Translations under genes and position numbers: made by a program | DNA from: Candidatus Aenigmatarchaeota archaeon | Lineage (GTDB): Archaea; Aenigmatarchaeota; Aenigmatarchaeia; QMZP01 | Length of the DNA stretch: 64,000 bases | NCBI GenBank assembly: GCA_043824495.1 | Contig: JBDRSV010000005.1 | Coordinates: 32,001 to 96,000, forward strand | Direction of reading: 5' to 3' | The notes under the pieces: generated by a model | Seen by the model: only the letters and a program-made list of their open reading frames with translations | The model's database searches: none | Told to the model about the DNA's origin: nothing | Shown: piece after piece, positions 28,867 through 38,281 of the stretch | Position numbering within the stretch: position 1 is the stretch's first letter | Layout of the letters: the number at the start of each line of letters is the position of its first letter

Positions 28867-29772
28867 TTACCTGCTTGCCCTCAAAACGCCTGTAGGCACT
28901 TTAGTTACGTCAACAGAGTTTCCAAGAGTTTCGAGATATTTTCTTACAAAGCTTCCATTTCTCATGAAGTATAAACTAGATGAATCGTACCTATCATGCC
29001 AATTAATAAGAAAATCTGGGAAGTCTGAATCGGATATAAACTTTTCTGATAATCTCAAATCATTGAGGCTTCTACTTCTTGTGTTGTCTAGACAATCTCC
29101 ATCAGAATAACCTTGTTGATTCCAGAACATTTTTTCAAGTCTGTAAGCAGTACCTTCAGATAAACCATAAAGAACTTTTAAAACATCTCCAAATTCCTCG
29201 TCTCTTTCTATGACTCGCTTCATTATATCTATCATGTTCCCATCAACTCCATGAACAGATTTCATATAGTCCATTGTGAGTATTAGTGCGTTTATTACAG
29301 GAATATCTTGAATAGAGTAGCATGCGAACTTACTTAGAACGTGTATGAATGAGTCTGCATATTTAGGAAGTTTGGGTCTCCTCTCTGTGCTAACACCTAA
29401 ATTTTCTTCCCCAACAACAAAAACAGGTGCAGTTTTTAGTTTAATCTGAACTGGTGCTGGTTTTATTTCGATGGCAGATGGTGAAATTGTAATATCAGCT
29501 TCTTCGTCAGTATGAAATCCTTTGAAATGATCATAACCAAATCTTCTTGGTTCAATATCATGTTCTATCCCAAATCCTGAAGCTCGAACGCCTGTCATTG
29601 TTTCAGGTCCTATAGGATTGAAACTTTCTTCATCTACAGACGCCAAGCCCATTCCTATTCTAACTAAATCCGAGCCAAGAAGACCCCTATAAAAATCCTT
29701 GAGACGATCTTCATACTCGGAAACAAGTTCAGCCATTCCAGGCTCCATGTTTCTTGTAAATTCTTCTAGCAT
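28867..29772 (-). CDS. Hypothetical protein
   Basis: 301-aa ORF, no recognisable motif. Confidence 0.6.
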   Translation of the reverse strand: MLEEFTRNMEPGMAELVSEYEDRLKDFYRGLLGSDLVRIGMGLASVDEESFNPIGPETMTGVRASGFGIEHDIEPRRFGYDHFKGFHTDEEADITISPSAIEIKPAPVQIKLKTAPVFVVGEENLGVSTERRPKLPKYADSFIHVLSKFACYSIQDIPVINALILTMDYMKSVHGVDGNMIDIMKRVIERDEEFGDVLKVLYGLSEGTAYRLEKMFWNQQGYSDGDCLDNTRSRSLNDLRLSEKFISDSDFPDFLINWHDRYDSSSLYFMRNGSFVRKYLETLGNSVDVTKVPTGVLRASR

Positions 29773-30018
29773 ATATTTGAGTCTTGAATGTAAAATTTAA
29801 ATTCGTTTAATGTACTACAAGAACTTAAATTCTATCAAAACCAATTATATATACATATTATAATATTTAGAATCGATAGGATGATCATATGATTACACCA
29901 AATAGCTTAATGCCACTCCCAATAAGAATACTGATTGCAATCATTATACTTTTGATAATATTTTTCGTTTATGGTTGGCCTTTTGTTTAATTGAATAAGT
30001 TTTTAAGAGCGTTTATTG

Positions 30019-30531
30019 CTAATCATCGAATATTTCTCTGGGCCAGTGGTGTGTGAGTGCGAAGTATGCTCCTGCATCTACGTCTTCTTTCTCTTGCCGA
30101 CTTAGACGGGAGAATTTTATTGGATTTCTTTTGTTGTAAACTTTCTCTGGGAAGCTTTCTGGGAGACCTTCTTCTGGGAGGAAAGTATATGGATCGCAGT
30201 CTCTATCGCATCCAAACCAGAGGTTATGATTTCTATATAGTCTTATGCCGAGTTGAGCTGGACTAAAATCCACGTCTAATATTTTGAGTCTTCCATAGCC
30301 GGAATAACGGCCTTTATGTTTACCTCTTTTCCTGGGTTTTACTGTGCTTGGTATTGGTCTTATCTCGAATCCGCAGTAGAAAGCATCTCTATAATAATAC
30401 TTTGCTTTGAGTGTGAAGTATATTGTTTCAAATCCTTTCTTGCTTACATAACCTCGGTGTTCATAGCTAAGTCGCATCCCAGACATTTCTTCTTCTAAGA
30501 ATTCTCTAATAAAATCTGGAACTTCATTCAT
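30019..30531 (-). CDS. Hypothetical protein
   Basis: 170-aa ORF, no recognisable motif. Confidence 0.55.
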   Translation of the reverse strand: MNEVPDFIREFLEEEMSGMRLSYEHRGYVSKKGFETIYFTLKAKYYYRDAFYCGFEIRPIPSTVKPRKRGKHKGRYSGYGRLKILDVDFSPAQLGIRLYRNHNLWFGCDRDCDPYTFLPEEGLPESFPEKVYNKRNPIKFSRLSRQEKEDVDAGAYFALTHHWPREIFDD

Positions 30532-30641
30532 TACTATCTTTAATATGTAGTGTTGTATTTTTGATAATCATTTATGTGAGAAAATGTGTGTACTGTTGTT
30601 ATATTGGATATACTTTTAACTCCTTTTACTAAGTCTTCTAT

Positions 30642-30905
30642 ATGCATTGTGATAAATGTAAGAAAACAGTAACTCAGGCAGTATTTAATTATTCTGTAGC
30701 GAAATATGAAAAAACTCTATGTATGAGTTGTCAAAGAGTGTATACAACTGTAACACGTAAGGTCGTTGGGGATAAGAGTAAAGAAGTTGGAGAAGATCTA
30801 CATTGCGATAAATGTAAGAAAAATGTGAGTCAAGCAGTGTATGATTATTCTAAAAAGAGACATGAAAGAGCTCTATGCATGAACTGTCAAAAAAGGGTTA
30901 AGTAA
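30642..30905 (+). CDS. Protein of two tandem C4 zinc fingers
   Basis: HCDKCKKxVxQAVxxYS...LCMxCQ occurs twice. Confidence 0.75.
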   Translation: MHCDKCKKTVTQAVFNYSVAKYEKTLCMSCQRVYTTVTRKVVGDKSKEVGEDLHCDKCKKNVSQAVYDYSKKRHERALCMNCQKRVK

Positions 30906-30938
30906 AAATAGAAAGAATTGAAAGTCTTTTTAGTGTTA

Positions 30939-33035
30939 CTATCTCCTACAAGTTGGGGCTGGATCGCCTGCGAATAAGTGATCAATCATTATAGCCAAAT
31001 CCAATGCAGTTGGAAAACCATCCCCATCTAAGTCAGCAAGCCATGGAGGATCAGGCAGAGGTTCTCCTGCGAACAGTATGTCAATAAGTTTTGCAAGATC
31101 TAACGCTGTGAGGAAGCCGTCATAGTCTAAGTCTCCGCATACAATATTGTTGACAGTTATAGTAACTTCCTGTTCATCATAAAGTTCAGTAGTGTCTGTA
31201 ACTCTGAATGTAACATTATATACTCCAGAATCATTAAATGTTGGAGTCCAGTTGAATAATCCAGTTTGTGGATCAAATGAGTATGGGCTTGGTAGGCCTT
31301 CATCTATTTCGAAGGATAAATCATCTTCATTAGCATCTGTAGCATTTAATTGAATAACTACTGAATATGTTTCATAAACTTCTTGATTGGCAATAGTATC
31401 AAGAACGGGTGGTGTTGGACCAATTATTGCAGTTATCAATTGTGAGTCATTGTTGTTTGAATTATTCATTTCTATTTTTACTAGATCCTCATCAACTCTA
31501 GCTTCTATTAGATGATCACCTATACCAGAAACTATGTGAAGTAGTACAAACTGTTTAAGGTTGTATTTGTTGATATTTTGGAAATCTTCAACAAGAAGTT
31601 CATCATTATCATATATTTTGGTTGAGATGTTTTTCATATTAACTCCTCCAATATTGTTAATAGTAACAGTGATTGTAATTTCTTCGCCATCAATTGGATT
31701 TTCATTGGAAATGTTAATTGTTGGAATTAGATCACCAAACCAGTCAAAGTCGCTGTATGGCATAGTAGGAGTTTGATTACTGTTTGATATATTTCTTGCA
31801 CCAAAACCATGACCATCTACTCCACCACCAGAGTAATAATTCCACATTGGATCAGTTTGTGTCAAATAGTCTGTGTGTCCCATTGCTCTACCAAAAATAT
31901 TAATCACAAAAGCGTCAGTGTAATAGATGTATGGTGGACCCAAGCTGAATGTTCTATCAAGTGTATCTTTGTTGTCATTTAATATTTTGTAGAATCGTTC
32001 TCTATCCATACCTTCTTCATATTCCAGTTTAGATAATAAATGACCTGTAATGTCGTATCCGTGAGATCTCTGAAGCTCTCTGTCATATATAGTAGTATCA
32101 TGATAATCATTTGCAACATAAGCTGCCCATTGATACCCTGAGAATCCGTTTTCTAAATATGTATCAGCTGTTTCTTGGTTAATTGCACCGGATATAGCAT
32201 TAACATTATACATGTGATGTTCAGCAAAGCCTTCTGTCAACCATGATCTAGTGTATATTGGATATGGGTTAATAGAGTGAGACGCTTCATGGAGTGCCGT
32301 ATTCATGTATGGCCACCAATCACCTAATTCACCAGTGTTGTTGTAATATGTGGTCCCATTCACGTAATATGGCTTATTACAACCAGTCTTATACATTGGA
32401 TCAGAGAAAACAACATTAGAGTGTGTAGGAGAAGCATTTCCACCGTAACAGGCTGCAGGATGTCCGTAATTATATATCTCTAAAGGAACTCCAAACCATC
32501 CTTTTGAACTCCAACCAGTTATATTCTTTAGAATTTCATACCTTGGTACGAAATTATCCCAGAAAGCGTCTAATGTTGCCTGGTTGTTCGAATAGAAAAC
32601 ACTTTCGATGTAAATGTCAAGTGAAACATTTCCTTGATCATCAAAATATGGTTTATGCACAAAGGTTGATTCTGGAGAATTTATTTCAACGGGTGTTTTT
32701 ATAATATTTTTAAGGGGCTTTTCTTTTGTTTTTTCTAAAGGCTGTCCTTCTGGATATTGAAGCTCATCAACAACAATTGGGGTTTCTACACCATCAAGAT
32801 TAACAATACCCTTTGCAAAATCAATTTCAAGAATAGAACCCTCTCCTGTTACAACAGTCTTGACGTTTGAGCTATCTCCATTAAGCATCAAAAAGCTGTC
32901 AGTTAAATCAATTGGTTCTACACTTCTTATTTGAGCAGCTGCTTGACCAAAGAAAAATAATGTTACTCCTGTCATTATAGAAAATATGATTAAACTCATT
33001 AAATATTTCTGAATCTTGTCATTCATGATTAACAT
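30939..33035 (-). CDS. Secreted gluzincin-type metallopeptidase with CARDB-like, Ig/cadherin-like and C-terminal dockerin-like modules
   Basis: LHEASHS...WLTEGFAEH (HExxH+E); GDLIPTINIS...TINNIGG (CARDB-like); PPVLDTI...LFNWTPTF; CGDLDYDGFLTALD/ADLDGDGFPTALD. Confidence 0.8.
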   Translation of the reverse strand: MLIMNDKIQKYLMSLIIFSIMTGVTLFFFGQAAAQIRSVEPIDLTDSFLMLNGDSSNVKTVVTGEGSILEIDFAKGIVNLDGVETPIVVDELQYPEGQPLEKTKEKPLKNIIKTPVEINSPESTFVHKPYFDDQGNVSLDIYIESVFYSNNQATLDAFWDNFVPRYEILKNITGWSSKGWFGVPLEIYNYGHPAACYGGNASPTHSNVVFSDPMYKTGCNKPYYVNGTTYYNNTGELGDWWPYMNTALHEASHSINPYPIYTRSWLTEGFAEHHMYNVNAISGAINQETADTYLENGFSGYQWAAYVANDYHDTTIYDRELQRSHGYDITGHLLSKLEYEEGMDRERFYKILNDNKDTLDRTFSLGPPYIYYTDAFVINIFGRAMGHTDYLTQTDPMWNYYSGGGVDGHGFGARNISNSNQTPTMPYSDFDWFGDLIPTINISNENPIDGEEITITVTINNIGGVNMKNISTKIYDNDELLVEDFQNINKYNLKQFVLLHIVSGIGDHLIEARVDEDLVKIEMNNSNNNDSQLITAIIGPTPPVLDTIANQEVYETYSVVIQLNATDANEDDLSFEIDEGLPSPYSFDPQTGLFNWTPTFNDSGVYNVTFRVTDTTELYDEQEVTITVNNIVCGDLDYDGFLTALDLAKLIDILFAGEPLPDPPWLADLDGDGFPTALDLAIMIDHLFAGDPAPTCRR

Positions 33036-33133
33036 TAACAGAAAGATTTATATTGGTTTTAAGACGCGTTTCTATTCATTGTTTTCTTATTAGAAAATCT
33101 TGAACATATATCCCTTTTATTTGACAATACAAA

Positions 33134-33167
33134 GGGGATGGTCCATCACTGTAGACCATTAATCCCC
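33134..33167 (-). terminator. Hairpin followed by UUUGU, bacterial-type intrinsic terminator candidate
   Basis: Minus strand GGGGATTAATGGTC...GACCATCCCC then TTTGT, a few nt after the 33173 stop. Confidence 0.55.
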
Positions 33168-33172
33168 ATAAG

Positions 33173-35257
33173 TCAGACTTTCATGACTTTGTCGCATTCA
33201 CGTCCGACGCGTCCACCTCGGCATACTTCGGATATCATGAAATGAGCAGAATGATCTGCTTGGCGAGATATGGAATCGTTCAAATTACATCCACACGCTT
33301 CTTGTATACAGTTCATGATAGCCTTTCTTGCAAATTCCGTGCTAGCATTGTCAGTGTCTGGCAGGTTAGTGATACTCAGTGGCACATCTGTCAGGCGGTC
33401 AGTCTTCAGATTTCTTTCCGTGAGACCATGATCACCGCCCGTAGCAACCTTCCATGCCATTTCAAGCGCACGTGTCATCGGAGCAGCGTGGTCGATCAGC
33501 CATCCCACAGCCTCGGATGCATCAATAGAATGTCCACTCAAGAGCATGTAGATGATTTTAGGCCAATCAGTTCTACGTGCCTTGCGAAATGGCCAGTGGC
33601 ATCCTTCCATGCCAGGGACAACCGGAAGCGTCACCTCTGGCATGCCGAGCTTTGCATCATTAACTGAAATCAGAAAGTGACAATGCATGAGAAGCTCAAG
33701 CATACCACCTAGACAGCGCTTGCCATTGACAAACCCAACGGATACCTTGAACTTATCATTGAGCCTTCTGGCTGTACGAGACCACTGCATGGATATTCTG
33801 TGTCCAGTATGTACATTCTCAAGCGCAGGATAGAACTCGCTTGTGTCCGCGCCGACTAGCTGAGTGGAGAGATGGAAGTCGCCGGAGACAATCACGCGTT
33901 CGATTCCTTCGGCTTTCAGCCAATCAATGGCTCGGTTGAGTTCAGCGTCGACATCGCTGTTGTAACTCTCGCGACTTATGGCGATGACACCAACTGTTCC
34001 ATCATGTTCTGCGTTGACGTACAACTGCTGCCATTCTGGTGTGTCCATATGACCAAAGACACTCGGACACCAGCAGACGCTCGCTGCTTCTGGATGTGAC
34101 AGGTGATAAGATTCCACGGTCCTGATCACATTATCCGGACCAAGTCCACGAATGACAGCGAGTATACCGTGATTGAACTGAGCACAGAGTTCACCGATGG
34201 CGTTGATGTGGGAGAGATGGCCGCGATTTTCATGAAGCATGAGACTGGTCATTTGGAACAGAGGACCGAGAATCCATGTTTTGAACTCGTCAACTCCGGC
34301 TGTATCCAAACTCCAGTTCACAAGAGGACGGAAGTGATCTGGTGGATACCAGTCTTGTCTACTTTCCTTATGTTCCATCAACTCAGGAGTTGGCGCGAAC
34401 AATTCAGCACCATAATGCTCATGTAAGTGGTGGAGACATGACCAGGTAAGGAAGTTCGCACCAGCCGCACCGATCGCGTCATGCGCTCGGAACGGGTTCG
34501 GACCAAGCAACTTGCGGATAAATTTGTCGATCTTCCAGTAGGGCATGTTGCTGGCCTGGTGATAACGCAATCCGGCGAGCGTCAGGCCGCAGAACAAGAC
34601 ATCGAGAACAAACGACCATTTGTCAGCAACAGGAATCGGGATCATACCCAAAGCCCAGAAGAGCTTATCGGTAGATGTGTCATCTCCCACAGTCTCCCAC
34701 ACTTTGCTGACCTCATGTGGGAATGCCGGATGTGCGATGCCAACTCCCAGTTCTGAACTTGGGAATCCCGAGGTTACGGATCTGATGTGGATACCCGGGA
34801 ATGCTGCTCTGAAGAGACCGTAGTGATCCTTCTTGACACTGAGAATCTCTGGAATTGCTTCCAACAGAAATTTCGGATTGAATTGGCCGAGTTCACCTGG
34901 AAGAGTAGTTCCGTCATAACTCATACGGATAATACTCCTCATGATCTCATCAGCCTTTGACCTACCAAAGGCGCGTACCAATCCTGGGTACTGTCTCCCA
35001 ATGCCATCAGGTGCACTGGGGAAATCTAGTCCGATGATACGAACACCGTGTGGTTGAAGCCGGGAACCGAGTTGCATTGTCTTGCCAGCACCAACAATTC
35101 CATTGGCGCCGGAGATGACAAGTGATCCTCGATTACTTGCTTTACCAAACACATTCGAAACTGCATCGGATGCAGTGACAGGTAATCCATTCTTGAAGAT
35201 CCCGAGAACAGTTCCGAGACCCAATGTTTGGATTGTTGAAGTTCTCATCATTTTCAT
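33173..35257 (-). CDS. 3-hydroxyacyl-CoA dehydrogenase-like / enoyl-CoA hydratase-like fusion protein
   Basis: N-terminal Rossmann ISGANGIVGAG, LLEAIPEIL; C-terminal crotonase motifs CLGGMLEL, LGMPEVTLPVVPGMEG. Confidence 0.75.
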   Translation of the reverse strand: MKMMRTSTIQTLGLGTVLGIFKNGLPVTASDAVSNVFGKASNRGSLVISGANGIVGAGKTMQLGSRLQPHGVRIIGLDFPSAPDGIGRQYPGLVRAFGRSKADEIMRSIIRMSYDGTTLPGELGQFNPKFLLEAIPEILSVKKDHYGLFRAAFPGIHIRSVTSGFPSSELGVGIAHPAFPHEVSKVWETVGDDTSTDKLFWALGMIPIPVADKWSFVLDVLFCGLTLAGLRYHQASNMPYWKIDKFIRKLLGPNPFRAHDAIGAAGANFLTWSCLHHLHEHYGAELFAPTPELMEHKESRQDWYPPDHFRPLVNWSLDTAGVDEFKTWILGPLFQMTSLMLHENRGHLSHINAIGELCAQFNHGILAVIRGLGPDNVIRTVESYHLSHPEAASVCWCPSVFGHMDTPEWQQLYVNAEHDGTVGVIAISRESYNSDVDAELNRAIDWLKAEGIERVIVSGDFHLSTQLVGADTSEFYPALENVHTGHRISMQWSRTARRLNDKFKVSVGFVNGKRCLGGMLELLMHCHFLISVNDAKLGMPEVTLPVVPGMEGCHWPFRKARRTDWPKIIYMLLSGHSIDASEAVGWLIDHAAPMTRALEMAWKVATGGDHGLTERNLKTDRLTDVPLSITNLPDTDNASTEFARKAIMNCIQEACGCNLNDSISRQADHSAHFMISEVCRGGRVGRECDKVMKV

Positions 35258-36459
35258 TTGCCACTGCTCCCTTCATCAACCTTGAAGATCGCCGCTATAC
35301 CAACATCACCGGCAGCACAACCGAAGATGAGAACATATCCGCCACCGAGCGAGACCGCCTCTACAAAGGATTCAATCAGAACTCTCGTAAGAGTCGGTCC
35401 TTGCGGATGACCCCATACAAGCGGGCAGCCGGTTTTGTTCATGTTGTGCCAGTCGTAGTCCATGACCTTCGCGAAGATGGCGTCGTTGACTGCGAACGGA
35501 TTGTGGTTTTTCACCACGATCATATCAGCCATTGTCAGTCCGGTGCGGCGCAGAAGTTTTTGTACCGCCAACGCAGGTGCTTCGGGCATGAGACTCGGAT
35601 GCGCGCGTACTTCGGTTTTTGCGATAAAGGTAATATCGATCTCTGGTTGCGAACTGAAGTCTGAAACTCTCTCCTTGTTCACAACCAGTAGGCACGCCAT
35701 GCCGTCAGATGCATGTGTCTGTGTGCCGGTGGTCACGCAGGTATCGAGTTCGAAAAGGCGGTTCAATCCATCCATCGTCAGCTTGCGGACGCCGAAATCG
35801 TCGTCGATTGTTCCCATGGGCTTGCCCTGGAGATTGAGGATTTCGAGCGGGACAAGCACCTTGTCGAGAAAGCCAGATTCTTTGGCTTGAAAATACTGCT
35901 CATGCCGATGGAAGGCGATCTCGTCCACTTCTTTACGGTTGATCTTGTGCTTCCTTGCGGCCTCTCCTCCGCAAGCAATCATTGCTTTTCCGGTTGCCGG
36001 ATCGAAACCAAAGTTGTCCCATACATCGGCGAGTGCTTCTGTCCGACGATAACTGCGACGCTCTGGGAAGACACCAGCCGGAGAGTCACTTGTCCGGTCG
36101 AATGTCAGAACGCCGACGACATCGTGCGAACCACTGTTCACCTCTGCACCCGCAAGGAGCACTGCCTGTAGACCTGTAGCACATGCCTGTTCAACGTGGA
36201 ATCCTGGGATTCGAATTCCCATACAACTGGCCACCAACGGGGCATTCCAGAATTTCCAGTGCCACGGGATAGTTGATCCGATGACAAGGTACTCGAGCAG
36301 ACTCTTGGGCACTTTCCTTAACCCAAGAATCCTGTTCATTGCTTCCCCGGCGAACTGGCCTGGATTGACCTCCGCCAGGGGTGAAGTTTGCCAGGCAGGG
36401 AAATAACTACTCCCCCAAGTCCCGTATGGGATCCTGGCATTTGGGTACATCGGTTGCAT
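35254..36459 (-). CDS. Thiolase family protein (acetyl-CoA acyltransferase)
   Basis: VEQACATGLQA (catalytic Cys), THASDGMA, WGHPQGPT, FGCAAGDVG; AAGGAGAGG SD; ATGA overlap with the downstream gene. Confidence 0.88.
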   Translation of the reverse strand: MQPMYPNARIPYGTWGSSYFPAWQTSPLAEVNPGQFAGEAMNRILGLRKVPKSLLEYLVIGSTIPWHWKFWNAPLVASCMGIRIPGFHVEQACATGLQAVLLAGAEVNSGSHDVVGVLTFDRTSDSPAGVFPERRSYRRTEALADVWDNFGFDPATGKAMIACGGEAARKHKINRKEVDEIAFHRHEQYFQAKESGFLDKVLVPLEILNLQGKPMGTIDDDFGVRKLTMDGLNRLFELDTCVTTGTQTHASDGMACLLVVNKERVSDFSSQPEIDITFIAKTEVRAHPSLMPEAPALAVQKLLRRTGLTMADMIVVKNHNPFAVNDAIFAKVMDYDWHNMNKTGCPLVWGHPQGPTLTRVLIESFVEAVSLGGGYVLIFGCAAGDVGIAAIFKVDEGSSGK

Positions 36460-36781
36460 AAACCCTCTCCTTCCGTAGAAAAAGACCTAAACAAAACTAA
36501 CATCAATTTGTCTGTCGTTTACGTATGATGTCGATTCCTAAGATGCAGTACCAATTCCAGTATCGAACAGATGTCGACAATAGTCAGCGTCAGCTGATTG
36601 GCAATTATATTGTTTTGGGAAGCATGAATGCGAAGATATTACTTTCTATATAACTAAAATTTATAAAACCAAAAAACTCGCTATAACAATTTATAATTGA
36701 TAGAAAATTTTAAGAAGATTTATATTGGTTTTTAAGATATGAAGAGTAGCCTATTTATTCTTTCATAAACAAATAAATTGC

Positions 36782-37072
36782 ATGGATAGATTAAGTGATG
36801 ATGTTAGAAAACTTATGAACATCATGGAAACTTCTATGACTACAGATGACATATTCTTTCATGCAACAAACCAGATAGCAAGACAATTACCTCGATTACA
36901 GAGATTGCGACAGGCTGAAGAGAGACCTGGTCAATTTAATGAAGAAGTTGCAGAAATGGCTATTCTAGTGGCTATGCTGAGAGATATTGGTGGAGTTCCT
37001 GATTTCATGATTTCTGACAAAATGAGTGAACTCATAAATGAGGCTAACAGTAATCATAGAAGAAATAGATGA
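36782..37072 (+). CDS. Small helical hypothetical protein
   Basis: ORF track; follows the right-hand direct repeat. Confidence 0.55.
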   Translation: MDRLSDDVRKLMNIMETSMTTDDIFFHATNQIARQLPRLQRLRQAEERPGQFNEEVAEMAILVAMLRDIGGVPDFMISDKMSELINEANSNHRRNR

Positions 37073-37323
37073 TTTCACCTATAAATTATTTCATTTTAAG
37101 ACATAATGAATGACAGAGGATATACAAAACTACGTTGAGGAAGTCACTAGATACGGAACGAGTGTAGAAACTGGAGAGTTTAGTGAATGGAAAATCAGAT
37201 ACGTGCCGTCTAGAATGTCATCGTTTTCTAAGCGGTGATTTGAGAGATGAGAGGTCATCAAGAGAAGAGAGAGAAGATTTCAAATGTAGACAGAAAGCAT
37301 TTGAATATATACTCAGAGTGAAT

Positions 37324-38280
37324 ATGGGAAATATTCTAAATCGTCTTGTAAATCCAGACAAACTCGAAGAGTATGAAAGTCCTTCTCTCTACGGAGATGG
37401 TGTTATTTCATATGATATTGACATGGATCATGAGTTCGGTTTTCGTGAATTAACAAGAGCAGATAAAATAGCAAATAATCTTAAATTTACGAGGGAGTTT
37501 CAAAACGCTATAAGCGGGCTTTCTAGAAGTAAGGGAGTTAATGCAGTTGTAGATGATTATGTTAGAGTTCAAGAACTTCTAGTAGATCCAAATGGATTTG
37601 GTGATCTTGCTAAATGGTGCGAACCAGTTATTGATAGATGGACATATGATTTTAGTGTGGGTGGAGTGGATAGAGAAGATCAGCATCAAGAAGGTCTTTT
37701 AACACTGTGGGCAGCAGATCCTAAATACCAAGGAAGAAATTTTGCAAGATTTCATACTATGCTAAGAGCATCTCTACGTTTCAAGCTTCTCAACATGCTT
37801 AGATATTCTTACGCTGATAAGAGAAGAATAAATCGAGATACATTGGCTATGGGATCTGCAACAAATCCTGGAGATTCTTATTATGCTAGTCTACTTGACC
37901 AATTTTCACGTGATGCATGGAAACTTGAACAAACAGAGCAGAATCTAAATGACAATCCTGATCCATTTGCCACAACACCTTTAGTCGATATGATGAATGT
38001 TTCTAGAGAATTCAAGAAAGCAAGAGTTAGACAAGTTACCACAAGAAAAAAATCAACTTGGAGAAGAGACGAATATGGTGGTATAGAAGAAGTGTGGGGA
38101 GATGAAATAGATCAAGATAATTTCCCTTACTTAGATGAAGAAAAGTTGAGAATCATGTTAGAGCTCGATACAGATCCAGGGCATAGACCTATGGCAGTAA
38201 AATGGAATGGTCTTAGTGTTCCTGCTAAACATGAAAGAGTAGTGATTAGCAGGGAATCTATGTATGATAGATGGGAGTAG
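37324..38280 (+). CDS. Hypothetical protein containing a sigma-70 region-2-like segment
   Basis: LAKWCEPVIDRWTYDFSVGGVDREDQHQEGLLTLW...FHTMLRASLRFKLLNMLR...KRRIN; likely start MGNIL at 37324 (track start 37183). Confidence 0.55.
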   Translation: MGNILNRLVNPDKLEEYESPSLYGDGVISYDIDMDHEFGFRELTRADKIANNLKFTREFQNAISGLSRSKGVNAVVDDYVRVQELLVDPNGFGDLAKWCEPVIDRWTYDFSVGGVDREDQHQEGLLTLWAADPKYQGRNFARFHTMLRASLRFKLLNMLRYSYADKRRINRDTLAMGSATNPGDSYYASLLDQFSRDAWKLEQTEQNLNDNPDPFATTPLVDMMNVSREFKKARVRQVTTRKKSTWRRDEYGGIEEVWGDEIDQDNFPYLDEEKLRIMLELDTDPGHRPMAVKWNGLSVPAKHERVVISRESMYDRWE

Positions 38281-38281
38281 A

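Larger units (their letters stand above)
33043..36737. mobile_element. Horizontally acquired GC-rich island bounded by a 22/23-bp direct repeat
   Basis: AAGATTTATATTGGTTTTAAGA (33043-33064) and AAGATTTATATTGGTTTTTAAGA (36715-36737); the coding interior is visibly GC-richer than the flanks; no mobility gene. Confidence 0.65.

Noticed and set aside
33242-36179. Several long plus-strand ORFs inside the thiolase/dehydrogenase operon
   Set aside because: They are antisense shadows favoured by the higher GC content; the minus-strand genes carry the family motifs, SD and terminator.
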